NCBI GenBank assembly: GCA_030295235.1
Contig: AP026136.1
Span: 868,001-932,000 of the forward strand
Length of the DNA: 64,000 nt
Direction: 5' to 3'
Source: Fistulifera solaris
Lineage: Eukaryota
Below, in pieces: positions 34,249-48,442 of this stretch (positions within the stretch are counted from its first letter, which is position 1; every line of letters starts with the position of its first letter). The position numbers were made by a program, and so were the translations under genes. The notes beneath the pieces were generated by a model. That model was not told the DNA's origin, made no database searches, and saw only the letters and a program-made list of their open reading frames with translations.

Positions 34249-35241
34249 TCACGTAGACGCCATTATAGCACGCTGCTTGCCGTTGTCACGAATTTCATCA
34301 AAGGCAGAAACGTTTTGATCAATAGTCGCCTGCCCAAAATCTTCCTCGCATTGCGACATGACAATTTGCAACGGTTGGACAGTAGCGTACGCTATGTCTT
34401 GTGTGATAGCTCCTGATTCAGCGAGATTACGAAACCAAGACGGAATCTCTTCTTCCAGAACATTCATCCGCAAACAAACATCTCGCGCAAACGTACAACA
34501 ATTCTTTCTCAACAAGTCATAATCGACACCCATGTACTCGGGAAGCATTTCTTTTATTATCTGACGTCCATCGATGTACTTCTCAACTTCTATTCGGTCT
34601 TCACCGGAATTATCCGGTCGGGGAACTCGTTTCCACTTTCGTCTCGTCACAATGCGCTGCCCCAAATCTATTGTTGTTCGATATTGGTAGCCCAAAGAAT
34701 GCTTAGGCTTACTGGTGAAGATGCCCGTCCTTCCTGGGATATCAGTGGATCCAAAGGCATATTCGATACCGTTGATGTCTACCCCCACATGATAGGCCCC
34801 AGTCCCAAGTTCATGCAATGCCGAGTTTACTTCACTAAAACACTTTCCTATGGCGCACACGCAGCCCCATGGAAGCTCCATTAAAGTGTCGTTCGGTATC
34901 AGGTCATAGATATGCAGCATGACTGAGTTTGAATGAACAGGACCAGATGCAACAACGCGGTTTTTTCGGTAGGTTTTACGTGTTGTTCGTGTCGATGAAC
35001 TTTCAAATGAGTTCTTGTCAAGGCCCAGTAGAGAGTTTGATGATGCTGGACCAAGCGAGAGGCTTTCATCATTAGATGTCACCCCATCGACTGATAGTGA
35101 ATACGAAAAGCTCGAGGCTGGAGAAGAGAGAGATATGTCAGCATCGCTAGAGCGACCTAACCTTTCGCGCGATTTCATGAATCGACCAAGGGATCTTTCA
35201 TCTTTATCGAAAGTACTCTCCGACTGGCTTTTATCCGACAT
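34249..35241 (-). CDS. PPPDE/DeSI deSUMOylating-like cysteine peptidase
   Basis: LHIYDL, GAYHVGV..GIEYAFG, YDLLRKNCCTF (His/Cys dyad), IPSW. Confidence 0.9.
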   Translation of the reverse strand: MSDKSQSESTFDKDERSLGRFMKSRERLGRSSDADISLSSPASSFSYSLSVDGVTSNDESLSLGPASSNSLLGLDKNSFESSSTRTTRKTYRKNRVVASGPVHSNSVMLHIYDLIPNDTLMELPWGCVCAIGKCFSEVNSALHELGTGAYHVGVDINGIEYAFGSTDIPGRTGIFTSKPKHSLGYQYRTTIDLGQRIVTRRKWKRVPRPDNSGEDRIEVEKYIDGRQIIKEMLPEYMGVDYDLLRKNCCTFARDVCLRMNVLEEEIPSWFRNLAESGAITQDIAYATVQPLQIVMSQCEEDFGQATIDQNVSAFDEIRDNGKQRAIMAST

Positions 35242-35760
35242 GACTTTTTAGAACAATGAGATTCTCCTGCAATTATCTTCCGCTCAAATAAGTGCCTAAT
35301 GGCTGTTGAATCAAAGCAACTCTTTCACGAAGAATAATGAGATCAGGCATGATCTGCAGACTGCGTACGAAACGAAAATCAGATCCGTTGCATAAATACA
35401 CAAATATACATAAACCTAAGTAACTATGCAACAGGTCTGTCACTTAGACACATTCGGCACTCAACTGCTATATTTTATAGAGAGAGGTGTGAAAAGGATT
35501 TTTCAACCGCCCTTGTAAGGCATCCGTTGCGACAATCTGACTTCCGTTGGCAACAGCTTCCGATTTTTGAGTTTTTGCACCGTTTTCTCGTTATCCTTTT
35601 CCTTAATGCTCTGACTGCGCCGTGGAATTGGATCTTTTTTAAATTATTGTGCGCACGTCTTTAATCCTTCGGGTTATCCGGTTTGGTGAGAGAGTTGTTT
35701 TGTTCGGAAGACGGCATCAATCATTGACTTCGTGTTCTGTATTCCCAGCAAAAGATCTCT

Positions 35761-37431
35761 ATGGGCTGCTGTTACAGCTCACCACATTCCAAGCGAAAGT
35801 ACCGTCTCGTCGATTCAGGCGATCTGGACGAGGTAGATGTTCCTCTTCGGTGCGTCTCATCGTAATTTCCGCTGATTTGCAGTTCCCAAACGCCACTTTC
35901 TCACATTGATTGTCGGGACCTGCTAGTTATTTCGGTACAAATAGAGCCGGCTCGAATTTAGTGCCTGACGATTGCGGCGCTTTCTATTCAGCCTATCTCG
36001 ATGATTTTTTGCCTGTAAATGCCGAAGTGGTTCTATATGAAGCAGAAATTGATCACGGCCAGGCATTTCGTTGCTGTAGTGCACTGACACTTCCACTGGA
36101 GTTTTTATTCAAAGTGCCTTCGGCTGTTTTTTCGGGATTGATTTCGACCCTCCTCCACTGCTCCTTTGATCAACCGTGGTGTTGGGTCCGTAAGGAGTAC
36201 AGTACGAGGACATTCTTTCGAGTCTACGGTAACCGTATTGAGATCAATCAGCCGCAATTACGCGTTCCGTTCGGTTTTCTAGGATGCGGCAGCTGGAATA
36301 GCGACCAGAGTGTCAACCACGCTTTTGATCGGGGAGCGTTTGGATTTTCAGTTGTTAGAGGCTATTCCAGTGAGCACGCTTGTCTCGTCTTTCCTGTTTT
36401 CGGTGGCGTCGTAGCTCGTCATAGATGTCAATGTAACGGGCCCATGTGGAATAGGATGTTTACAGATTGCGGTAAGAGTGCTGTGCACGGTTCCAGATCT
36501 ATTACTTTGTGTCGCTCATCATTGCTTTGACGATGCTATTTTCGAGTGCAATAGGTGGTTGGTGGTAGGTTGCGCCAATGAATAATTGTTCTGTATGCAT
36601 ATCGATTACTGTCCAGTTGGAGCTTACCATTTCACTTTATAGGTGTGACGAGTGGCTCTGCCTTTATTGTTGCTGTACGTACAAGTATAGGGGCCTAGCT
36701 CATCCAGATGAAACCACATTTGCAGCGTCGATCGCTTTGCAAGCGTTTTTCGAGGGGCGGGATCTTTCCAAGAACGACATGGATAAGTGTATCGCATACT
36801 GGAGAGATAATATCTCGGAGCAAACAGACCCTTCGAGACGAAAGCGACCGGTATGTTGCGAGCCCTTGTGTGCTCCGTGCTGCACTCTCTCTTGCATTCA
36901 GCGCCTAGTACATCCGAAACGCAATATACCATACAAAGAGGATGATGTTTCGGAGGAACTAGGGGAGGTGCGTATGAAATGAATGTGATTTGGAGCTTGC
37001 GGTTGTGTATCGCATAGTCTTATTGGCTGACCCTGTACCTTCAGGTATACCGGAGATACAATGCCGAAGCAGAGAGTCAAATACAAAATTACAATTCGTT
37101 CTATGCACCTGTCAGACTGTCTACATTTTGCCGTGCCTGGGGATGTCGTCGAGTGTGTGGACGTAAGGGTGTTTTTTTCTGTACGGAAGGATGCAATCAT
37201 TGCGATCGAAAAGCTGGTGATCCAGCTCCTCCTTTGGATGTCCACGACTTTGATGATGAATGCGATGCTTCTACCGTTCTCATAAAAGTCCTTGGTCCTC
37301 CTCCTGCCAATATTTATATCCATCGATGGCGATGGGATCCAGAATTGCAGAAGAATGTATTAGATGAGTATTCCTCGGTTAAACGAGCAAATTTGGAGGT
37401 CGCGATTGAAGAATCCGAGAAAGATGTATGA
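35761..37431 (+). CDS. Uncharacterised Cys-rich multi-exon protein with N-terminal MGCC acylation motif and a 10-nt microexon
   Basis: ATG GGC TGC TGT at 35761; donor 35850; exons chain in phase through the 35910, 36578 and 37153 ORFs via microexon 36555-36564. Confidence 0.7.
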
Positions 37432-37805
37432 TGCTATTTATAACAAGGAGGCGAGATCTTCGTAGCACTTTTTCTGGAAGCTTTGTTGCAACCTATCACT
37501 ACTTTGATTAAAAATTCTTTGTAAACTTAGACGTTACATTTTACTACGTGAAAGAGGAGCCGAAAGACCTAGTTGGCCCATTGAAACGTACGGTAAGGTT
37601 ATGAGCTGTGACGTGTTGCGTTCGTCAGTCAGTTTTCGTCCGTGTGTCTGCATCATCGCATCGCATGCATGCGATTTATTGTGATGTGTGCGAGATGCCT
37701 GGAAGCAAAAAAAAGAAGTAAGAGAATCATCATCTGCGAAACAAGAAAGCGTGCATGCGACGCTTTCGGTTCCCTTACAAACATATTTCTGCTCGTCTTG
37801 ACTCG

Positions 37806-39762
37806 ATGAGGCTCCGATACTCTCTTTGCCGGCAGCGCTTGCTGTCTTTCCTCCTCCTCCTTCGATGGGATGGATGCAACTTTCTATTTCAGCATCACGT
37901 CAATCATCAACGCTTGCCTCTGCAGTAAGCGTAAAAGCTTTAAAAGCTACAGTGAACACATTAGATGAGCTCGCACCTGCGCTGATGCAGAAAGATGAAA
38001 CCCCGATTGCACGAGGTACTGTGGTGGCCAATTTTCCGGGAGGTTTTGCAGCGATCAAGCTCGACGACGGCAACGACGAAGCAACATCGACTGCACCCGA
38101 AGTGATTGATTTGACGAACAGTGCTGCTGCTGTAGCTGCTGCTAAAGCGGCAGCGAGCGGATCAGGTTGCTCGTATGGCGACTTACAAGGAAAACGTGTG
38201 CAGTTCTCTCACGGATCGTCGGGTGTTGTTGTCTGCCATCGTCCTCCGATTGCTTTCGTTCTAGCCGCCGACGAATCATCTGCCGAACATATGGAAAGCG
38301 CGCACATTTTTCGAGATATGGCAAATGTTTCCGTCTTCGGCGAGGCTTGTATAGTGGACTGTTTTGGAAAGGCTATCGAGAGCGCGGTGAAAGAAGGATC
38401 AATGGAACGTCCTATTTTTGCCCCAATACCTCAAGTAAAAGACATTGCACTCATTAACAGCCCGATGCTGACAGGAACCACCATGATTGATTCCCTAGCT
38501 CCCATTGGGCGAGGGCAAAATATGCTCTTTGTTACATCGGATCGGAAGAGTGCGCAAGGATACGCAATGGATCTTGTGCGAACACAATTGAGAAACGGAG
38601 GAAGCACAAAGTGTGTGTACGCGATTACAGATGGACAGGAGAACATTCTTCAACAGTTAGAAAAGCATGACATTGCCGACAAAGTCACTGTGATTGTCCC
38701 AAATTCGAGAAGCGGCAAGAGCGAAACCGCTCAAGCAGCCGAGGCAGTTACAATGGCCGGCACGGCGTGCGCCATCGGAGAAGCTTTCGCGCTGGAGGAA
38801 GGGGCACACTCGCTGGTTATAATTGATACCATTGATCAGCATAAGAAACTGTGGGATGCGACTACTCGGACTTTGGTTGACGTGTTTGGTGTTGAGGCGG
38901 TTGTGGAAGGTGACCGAAATGGCGGAGCGTCTTCCGAAATGCGCTCCTTTACTCATCACTTATCCAGCGATCCGCACAATACAAAGCTAGCAGGGGGAGG
39001 AGGGAGTGTCACGCTGCTTCTACTGACAACAGTGCCTGAACCAAGTACGGATGAGAATACGGTGTACGACGAGAGTTTGTTTGAAGGAAGCCCAGCAAAA
39101 ATTTTAGAGCGCATCAATCTACTTACCAAGCGTGGAATCCCTCTAACTGCTGCAAATCTGAGAAAAATTGACATTCCTATACCGTCAACAGCGGAAGGAG
39201 CCCGCCGCTTCGCTTTGCAGCATGTAGACGATCTAATAAGTATGTCAGATGGGCAGATATGGATGGATGATCGTCTGAAAGGAAAACAAGAACCCCTTTA
39301 GACCCTCAACGTAGCGTCACTAGAATTGGTATTGGAGCTGATACCGATTCAAGAGCAGATGCTCCTGCTTTGAGACGAGTTGTGGAAGGCTTACGCCTTG
39401 ACCTCTCACAAGCTGCCAATATGGATGGAGCAGAGACAACTGCTGCGTCAAAAAAACAAATACAAAGACAGCAATCACTTATATTAGCAATGTATCAGAA
39501 ACCTGGTAGCGGTGGACGCAGGCTCTCCGAATCTTGCGTAGCGCTCCTAGCGGCATACAACGGGTTTCTGACCGAATTCATCGAAAAAGGTGCCGTTTCT
39601 GGATCGACAGCAGGGCTCCAGTTGATGGAGGATCTTTTGCGGTATGTGGGAACAAAGGAAACTAAGTGCATGGATGAAATTGACCAATCTATGGATTTAT
39701 CCGAAGAATCCCGCGTTAAGCTTGCAAAAGCAATCGAATCTTTCTTCGATAACAAAATTTGA
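37806..39762 (+). CDS. Divergent F1-ATP synthase alpha-subunit-like protein lacking Walker A; several 1-nt frameshifts; start uncertain
   Basis: PMLTG..MIDSLAPIGRGQ, LVIIDT, GGGSVT, LISMSDGQIW, PLDPQRSVTRIG, LRLDLSQA; no GxxxxGKT. Confidence 0.8.
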
Positions 39763-41178
39763 TTAGATGGAAAGTTGAAATTCCATGTATTGGTAGCAAG
39801 TAGCAAGTTGATTATTTGCCGTTCGTTTGTTGGAGTATTCATTCTTGCGAAGACATACTCTATGTAAGCTCTAGAAAGCAGCCGGAGCCCGGAGCGCTTG
39901 CGCTTGGAACTTGGGACCGACATGAGAAATCAAGCATGGATTCAAACCAAGCTCTAAGAAAATCCAACTCGCGACTAGAGCTAGAGAGACCGCTGGATGA
40001 TGCTTCGTGTTCGTGCTTCATGCCAAAGTATTGACCATTCTAAATTTGGCTCCGGTCCCCGATCTTGGCCTTATAGTGGCTGTCTTAGAGAGGTCGGTCG
40101 TTATGCCCTGAACTTTGGCTTTTGTATGCTCTTCGCTGTGAGCGAGGGCGCGGCAACAAGGCAACATACCCAGACTCGCGAGCGGAGTGCCGGATAACCT
40201 TAGCACGTGAACCTTTTAGCTTTTAGCCCAAAGAAATCTACTGAGTAACATCTTATTTCTTATTTAGCCCTTGGCCCCTAAAAAACGGGAATGAATGCAT
40301 AGTTCGGCCCTTGAAGACTTTTGCAACACTTGGTTCTTGGTTATTGTCTAGCGTAAATTGTGAAAGTTGAAGGTGACGTAGGAATCGACGTTAACTTCTA
40401 TAAAGCATGGGGCTCATGGCTCATTAGTAAAAGAACGTTCGGTTTGCGGTTTGCGCTTTTAACTTTCAAATTTTCACTGAGGATTGTGAAGTGACATGTG
40501 ACATTTGACATTTGATAGGCGACATGTGACCCTTTTATGACCCTTTTGTGACCGAAGGATTATTTCTGATTTCCGCTGTATTTTGTACTGGCTGTCGCTT
40601 AGTTTATGTTTGATACTTTTACATATTCTACTCCTACCAGCTCCCGCCATTTTGATAATTGATTTTGTGGTCATAAGTACTAGTATGTATTATCAAGTCA
40701 CATTTGGCGATTAAGTCTTCCGTTGGATACAGCTTAACCGATAGTCCCATTAACAGGTCGTGATTTGTCAGGCGAAGTTAAAAAAATTCGTACAATTTTC
40801 TTTATGGTCGCACATGGAGTACATTTACGTTGCTAAAAACAAAGAAGGCGACGCGAAAGGCGCGAAAAGACCTGGTACTTTTGTACGCGTCCAGGCGTTG
40901 AATATGTACTGACTGGGGTAGGGTCCAGACTTTTTCGTCGCCAAAGTCGGTAATGCACATCTATGCGAAAAATTTAATGAAAGTAACCTGCTTTAATAAA
41001 CTTTGAGCTATATTTTTAGATACAGTCGATCTTACCCCAGTTTCCTAATTACATTGAGCAGTATCGACGCTGCCGGCGTTTTAGTCATAAGTCCCCTAAA
41101 ATTCAGTGAGGAGTTGCTTCGGACACTTACGGAGTTTGCGGTACCGGTACGTTGGGTGTTTCCGGGACGTATCCCACA

Positions 41179-43428
41179 ATGAATATAATTTTTATTCGTC
41201 GTTGTTCGAAGAGCGTAGCGACGATGCAAACCATTCGGAACCGCTCTTCACGCTCCGGCGGGCTAAGCACGAATTGCGAACCGTTGTTGCAATCAAAGCC
41301 TTCCAATTCAAAGAATAAAGGAACTCTTAGAAAGCGCAGAAGAATATTAAATATCGGCTCTCCGCAAATGATAAACGCAGCAAATACAAAGACGCAAGTA
41401 AAGGCGATCGCTCCTCTAGTTGAGTCAAAGGCCCCAGCGATCTCGAGTGAAATTCGGGTCCTTCTGTATACAACATGTTACAATGTCATCGATGGCGTAA
41501 CTCTAACGATCCGGAAGCTTGAAGAGGAGATCTTGGCGGCTGGTCATCACGTATGTATACTGTCAACTGCCTCTGGTGACCCCGCGAATACAAACATGGA
41601 CGGAGTACATCCTAATAGGCGCGTTGTATTTATCGATGACTCTGTACCTATTCCCTTCCTGCACGATGAAAACAACCCAGATTTGACGTATCATGTCGGT
41701 TTCGCTTTGTCGCGGTCGGTTCGAGCACAGATTGAAGAGTTTGAGCCAAGCATTATTCACATTACTGTTCCAGACTGCACAGGATGCCACTTAATTCAAT
41801 ATGCTCGAGAGAAGGAACTCCCGATCATGGGAACATATCACTCGAACATTCCTGAATATATGGAGCATTACCCAGGTTTATCATGGTTGAAAATCATTCT
41901 GGGTCGCTACTTCCGGCATCAATATAACTTCTTGCAGACCCTGTATGTCCCCACTCCTTACATTCAAAAACGTCTCGTTGACTCCTACAAGATGGACAGT
42001 GTTACCAATCTCGGCATTTGGGGCCGGGGTGTCGATATCAACAGCTTTCACCCCTACCACCGTTCCCTGAAGTACCGTCACAGCCTTGGCATTCCCGATG
42101 ATTGCCCTGTGATATGTTGGGTGGGCCGATTAGTCTCGGAAAAGCGCCCCGATATCTTCGCCAACGTTGTTCGCCGTCTCCATTCCACCGGTGTGAACTT
42201 TCACGCGCTTGTGATTGGTGCGGGTGCGTGCGAAGACGAGATCAAGCAACTGCCGAACACGACGTTTTGCGGCTGGATGAACATGTCAGAACTGGCGGTT
42301 GCGTACGCTTCATCCGATGTATTCTTGTTTCCTTCTGCAGTTGAGACCTTTGGTAACGTCACCCTCGAGGCTGCGTCCAGTGGACTGCCTGTTGTAGTGG
42401 AAGAGGGGTGCTCTGGCCATCTAGTTAGTCAAGGAGTCAATGGCTTTGCTTGCCCAGAGGGTGACTCCGATGCGTTTTATGAGGCAACACTCCAGCTCGT
42501 TACGGACGCCAAGCTTCGAGACGCATGTAAAATTGCCAGCAGAGAAATCGCTGAGACTATGGAAAAGCGGTCGGTGGTACGGGCCATGTTAGACAACTAT
42601 GCCCAAGTCACCGATCAGTTCTACATCGAATACGGTGGTTACCATGCCAATCGCGACCGTGTGTATCGCAAGCCAAACTCATTTGTCGCCGGAAACCACC
42701 CTAGGCCGCTTATCTTTGTCATGGTGGAGTATCTAACGATCGTGCTGTTTCAAGTCATTTGGAACATGACCAACTTTTTCATGTCCATGCAAGAAATGAT
42801 GCTTTCGTTCGCAGGTTTTGCCAATGTGAGCCATCATATTCCTCAGCAGCTACCATTTCACAGCGTTTACGTGAGCTCGATCGAAGAAACGGTTGGAATG
42901 TCAACTGAAAGCGAAAGAAGTTCAAGCTCAGGGTCGCCAAGGAGTTCTGTTCCGTCTGATAGCCAATCTCATCAGACTGATGGATCAAGTCCTTCCATGT
43001 CACGCATCTCTTCAAGTAGTTTAGCCGACTCCACAACAGAATGCAATAACAGCATCAGTGATGACGAGCTATCTGAGACCGAAGAGGGTGTCCTTGGTCA
43101 CCAGGCGTGTGCTCCCGAGTTCAACTGCGCCCGCGTTGATGGACGCAGGTTCAGTCATGGTGTTGCTTCGGTGTTTGTAACGTTTGTCGAGTTCCAATGT
43201 CTAATGGAGAGTCACATCCGCAATGCGGTCAGTGGCTGCTGTATTCCGACTTTCAAACGGGCAGTCAAACGCAAGAACAGTAGTGGCGACCTACAGCATC
43301 TAGTTGAAGACTCAACTCACGGAAGACCGCTTCGAAGTCGACTGGATATGTCTGGCTTGATTCAGCCAGATGGCCACCGTTTGCGCCGACAAAATCACCA
43401 TACCTTGGAAAGTATTACCACGGTATAG
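41179..43428 (+). CDS. GT4 glycosyltransferase (PimB/MgtA/SQD2-like) with C-terminal TM segment and Ser-rich tail; start uncertain
   Basis: DGV..T, TYHSN, WGRGVD..F.P, VGRLVSEK, ETFGNVTLEAASSGLPVV (EX7E). Confidence 0.88.
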   Translation: MNIIFIRRCSKSVATMQTIRNRSSRSGGLSTNCEPLLQSKPSNSKNKGTLRKRRRILNIGSPQMINAANTKTQVKAIAPLVESKAPAISSEIRVLLYTTCYNVIDGVTLTIRKLEEEILAAGHHVCILSTASGDPANTNMDGVHPNRRVVFIDDSVPIPFLHDENNPDLTYHVGFALSRSVRAQIEEFEPSIIHITVPDCTGCHLIQYAREKELPIMGTYHSNIPEYMEHYPGLSWLKIILGRYFRHQYNFLQTLYVPTPYIQKRLVDSYKMDSVTNLGIWGRGVDINSFHPYHRSLKYRHSLGIPDDCPVICWVGRLVSEKRPDIFANVVRRLHSTGVNFHALVIGAGACEDEIKQLPNTTFCGWMNMSELAVAYASSDVFLFPSAVETFGNVTLEAASSGLPVVVEEGCSGHLVSQGVNGFACPEGDSDAFYEATLQLVTDAKLRDACKIASREIAETMEKRSVVRAMLDNYAQVTDQFYIEYGGYHANRDRVYRKPNSFVAGNHPRPLIFVMVEYLTIVLFQVIWNMTNFFMSMQEMMLSFAGFANVSHHIPQQLPFHSVYVSSIEETVGMSTESERSSSSGSPRSSVPSDSQSHQTDGSSPSMSRISSSSLADSTTECNNSISDDELSETEEGVLGHQACAPEFNCARVDGRRFSHGVASVFVTFVEFQCLMESHIRNAVSGCCIPTFKRAVKRKNSSGDLQHLVEDSTHGRPLRSRLDMSGLIQPDGHRLRRQNHHTLESITTV

Positions 43429-44140
43429 TTCATAAATGAGTTGTTTGTATGACTCCGTGAACACCGTGAACACGGGTTGCACTTCAACAATCTAATAGCT
43501 AAAACAATCATTTCAAACGACTTTGCTGAGCGTAGCTAATTTTCGACACCAATCAAAAACAGTAGAACTACCGTGCTCCGGCAACATTCGTCTCACCAAA
43601 ATGAAAGACGCGAGAGAATTAAATCAATGAACCCCTTAACCTGGCAGAGCTAAATCAATCCTGGGTTTGGACGAAGACAAGTTATGCGTTAGATTTTAGC
43701 TTCTATTTCTCACACAGAGATATCTTTCGACATCACGACTTGCTGCTAAATAGCGTCTATGTACTGGACATCAGACCCACATGCAGAATACTCTGTTTTA
43801 GTCACTTGTGACCTAGCTAGCGAGACCTCGCACATTCTTGACTCAAGCTATCCGGGATTCCCTGGTCGATTGGTAGACACGACGACTACTCGACTCGGAA
43901 ATCAAGTCTTGTATCAACACCAAAAGGGGCAGTTTTTACTGTGAAGATTAATGAACAATGATTTTCAATGGACGAAAAAACAGGCGGATCATCACGATTT
44001 AGCATCAACAAAATAATATGGTGCAAAGACAATTCATAACATTCATTCCTTGTCGGCATCCCTTTTTCTACTGAAGAGAGGTCTAAATCACTGCTCACGC
44101 GTTATCTTGTGGGCGACTAGTGGGTGCAGAGATTGGCTAG

Positions 44141-45663
<1,523 letters not shown>

Positions 45664-45855
45664 AGATTTCTTGCTCTAGATGTGAAAAAATTGACGTTTT
45701 GTAGCTATTCCCTGCCTATTTTAATGCAAACTACTGGTATCGCTTGTGCCTAGCTTCTCTCTACTAACTACTGAGTGTATTACGTGACCTGATGGTTACG
45801 CCTGAGGTCAGACATTGCTTTAGGCTCTACGGAAGTATTAGCTATTGGGGTTTCT

Positions 45856-45879
45856 AGTACCGGTACCGGTACCGGTACT
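45856..45879. repeat. Perfect 24-bp palindrome / (GTACCG)n microsatellite
   Basis: AGTACCGGTACCGGTACCGGTACT equals its own reverse complement; related tracts at 19358-19373 and 27285-27313. Confidence 0.9.
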
Positions 45880-46044
45880 CGTCCGAAGCAAAGTTAGATG
45901 AGCTGAGTCACGTGGGGTCGTGCGCCGGACAGGCGCTCGAATTGTTTCGCGTGGTCGTTTATGTTGACCACAAAATAAAATAAATCGTTTCTTTCTGGAA
46001 AGGGAATCGTCGCCTTCGTAATAGTCAAGACAAACCTTTCAACA

Positions 46045-48384
46045 ATGTTTTTCAGATATAAAAACATATTACGCGATCAGTGCTCACAGTTTGCGAAACT
46101 GTCGGCGGCAAGGTCTTACCCTTGCGGAATGACGACTACTGCCTCCCAGAGACGACTCAACGGGACAGCGCCATCGCCACGCTTTTGGGTACCCCCAGCT
46201 TATCAAGGAGGATTGCGGACTAGTGAGGCGTATGAAAAACGCAGAGGCGGCAAGAAATCACGAGATGTCAAAGGCCGGAATGAAAAAGGTAGACCTTCTA
46301 GTTTGAAGGTTAAGAAGAAACGTAATCTGGAGGACGGGGCGGCGTTGTTGACAAACGTTTTTGAAGAGAAAAAGGCGCGGTTTACGGAGACTTGCAGCAA
46401 TCTTTTACTTTTCTCTCGTCAGTACAAAGATCATCTTGCTCATGGATCCGTGTCTGCGGTAGACACAAAGATTACTATGCCGTCCACATCGACGACGTTT
46501 CTTACCAAACAACTGAAGGATGCTTTCCATGATATACATAGCACTGAGACTACGCTCACGTGGAATCATATTATCAGCACCGAGATGATTTTTCGGGAAA
46601 TATCAGTAGCTCTTCAAGAAGCGATCGTTTTGTGTACCTTCTTAGCGAAAGAAGAAAAGTCACTAGTGAAACGCAAAGAATATGCGGATCTAGCAGAATT
46701 CGCCTTGTCTTCGCTGCTTTCCCTTCGATCAGAACGTGCCTTGCTGGTGAAGTCTGTGTACAACTGGAGTTCGAATGTCTCTCCGCCCTATCATCGCAAA
46801 CAAACAAAGTCATCGTCCATTAAAGCTTGGGTAGCCACTCTGTTTGAAACGGCAGCCAGAGATAATCCCGAAGCGGGGCCTTACACGCAAGCACTTCAGA
46901 TGTCTGGCTCCTTTGCACACGAAGATCATTCCCTAGGAGTTTCGCAATCCATGTTTCTCGCAGTTATGGAAAGCATTGTTTCGACTATTCCGAGCTTTAG
47001 ACTGGATAGTATGACATTGGATCCGCTGATCTCGCTTGAGAATGGTAATGAAACTGTACACCGCCTTGTGAATTTGTTGGACAAGATTCCTTCTCCAGAT
47101 TTGGAGCACAGTGAATTGTTTGCGTTTACAATGTCAATCTTTGCCAGCGTGGGAACACTGGAGAGTGCCCGAAACAGTTTTGACTATTATCGACGGTATA
47201 ATCACATTATACCATTTTCTTTGGTCTTGAATGCATATTGCGAAGCAGCGAGACGAGAAGAAGATCATGACCTTTCTAATTTGATCGCGGATGAGTGTTT
47301 TAATCTCGTTCAGCAGGAATGGGACGAAAGCTTACCAGAAGAGCCAGTAGATGGGGTGAATCATCTTTGCTTGTCGCTGGAATGTGTTTTCTTGGCGAGA
47401 GGGGGAACAGAACTTGACATGTGTGACCGTGTTGAAACACTAGTGAGGCGCGTTTTAACAAATGAAGAGTATGACAGCATTTTGAGCGATGCAAAAACTC
47501 AGAATGTGGTGTTACCGCCGGAAGGTCCTACCATCCATCTTCTGGACTGTCTAATCAAAGTGTTAGGAAGTTGCCAGGAAGAGCAACGCATCAGACGCGC
47601 GCAAAAATTGCTGGATTACTTGCTGTATTATACAGGGTGGGGAGGAGCGACGCCATTGTTTCCGAGCACTGGTGCATGCAACCAGCTACTAGATGGTTTG
47701 TGTTGGCTACATCGAGGTCAGCCACAGGCCGTACATGAGGAAATAAAAGGAATGACTTGGAATACGCTTTGTCGCTCCTAAACTTCATGCAGACAACAGG
47801 TAAAAGGTGTTGCTGGCCGACCGACTCCACTTTCCAGTCCATTTTTAGGCTGTTGTCGAGTGTGGCTCCCGACGACCTTGGCGAACAATCGGAGTATGTG
47901 CTTTCAAACATGGAAATGAGAAATCCAATTTCTTCTGATCCCATTCACATATCCCTAGCAATGTATCATAGAGTGATTGGTTGTTGGGTGGAGGTGGCGA
48001 ACAAAAAGAGAACAACTGGCAAAGCTTTTGAAAGATGCATGTTTCTTCTCGAACAAATGGAGATCCAGTCGATGCCCCTACTTTTAACGGAAAAGAAATA
48101 CGTACCGCAAGCGTCAAAGGTCTTTATCACACTGAGTTACAGCCGACGGTGCGAACATACAAGCTTATTTTTGGCATTTTTCAAACAGAAGCAAGTAATG
48201 TTGGCGGTGAACTAAGCGAGAACTCGGAGCGGCTCTTTTTGCTCTTGTCGATAGTATCAACTTGCGTGGTATACTAGCGAGCGAACCTTCGCTAAGGAGG
48301 CGTGTCAGGAATTGTGTACAACTTATAGCGCGCGAATCGGAGGAGAAGCGTCGCATCCAAACATTACTTGAAGATTTGAAATAA
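46045..48384 (+). CDS. Helical-repeat (PPR-like) protein, probably organelle-targeted; frameshifts near 47750 and 48090
   Basis: Arg/Ser-rich presequence; degenerate PPR-like units (FSLVLNAYCE, PSTGACNQLL, PTDSTFQSIF, PTVRTYKLIF). Confidence 0.55.
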
Positions 48385-48442
48385 AGACCATAAATGTCAC
48401 TGAAACGCAGTCGACTAAATTAAGAACCTATTCAATTCAGTA

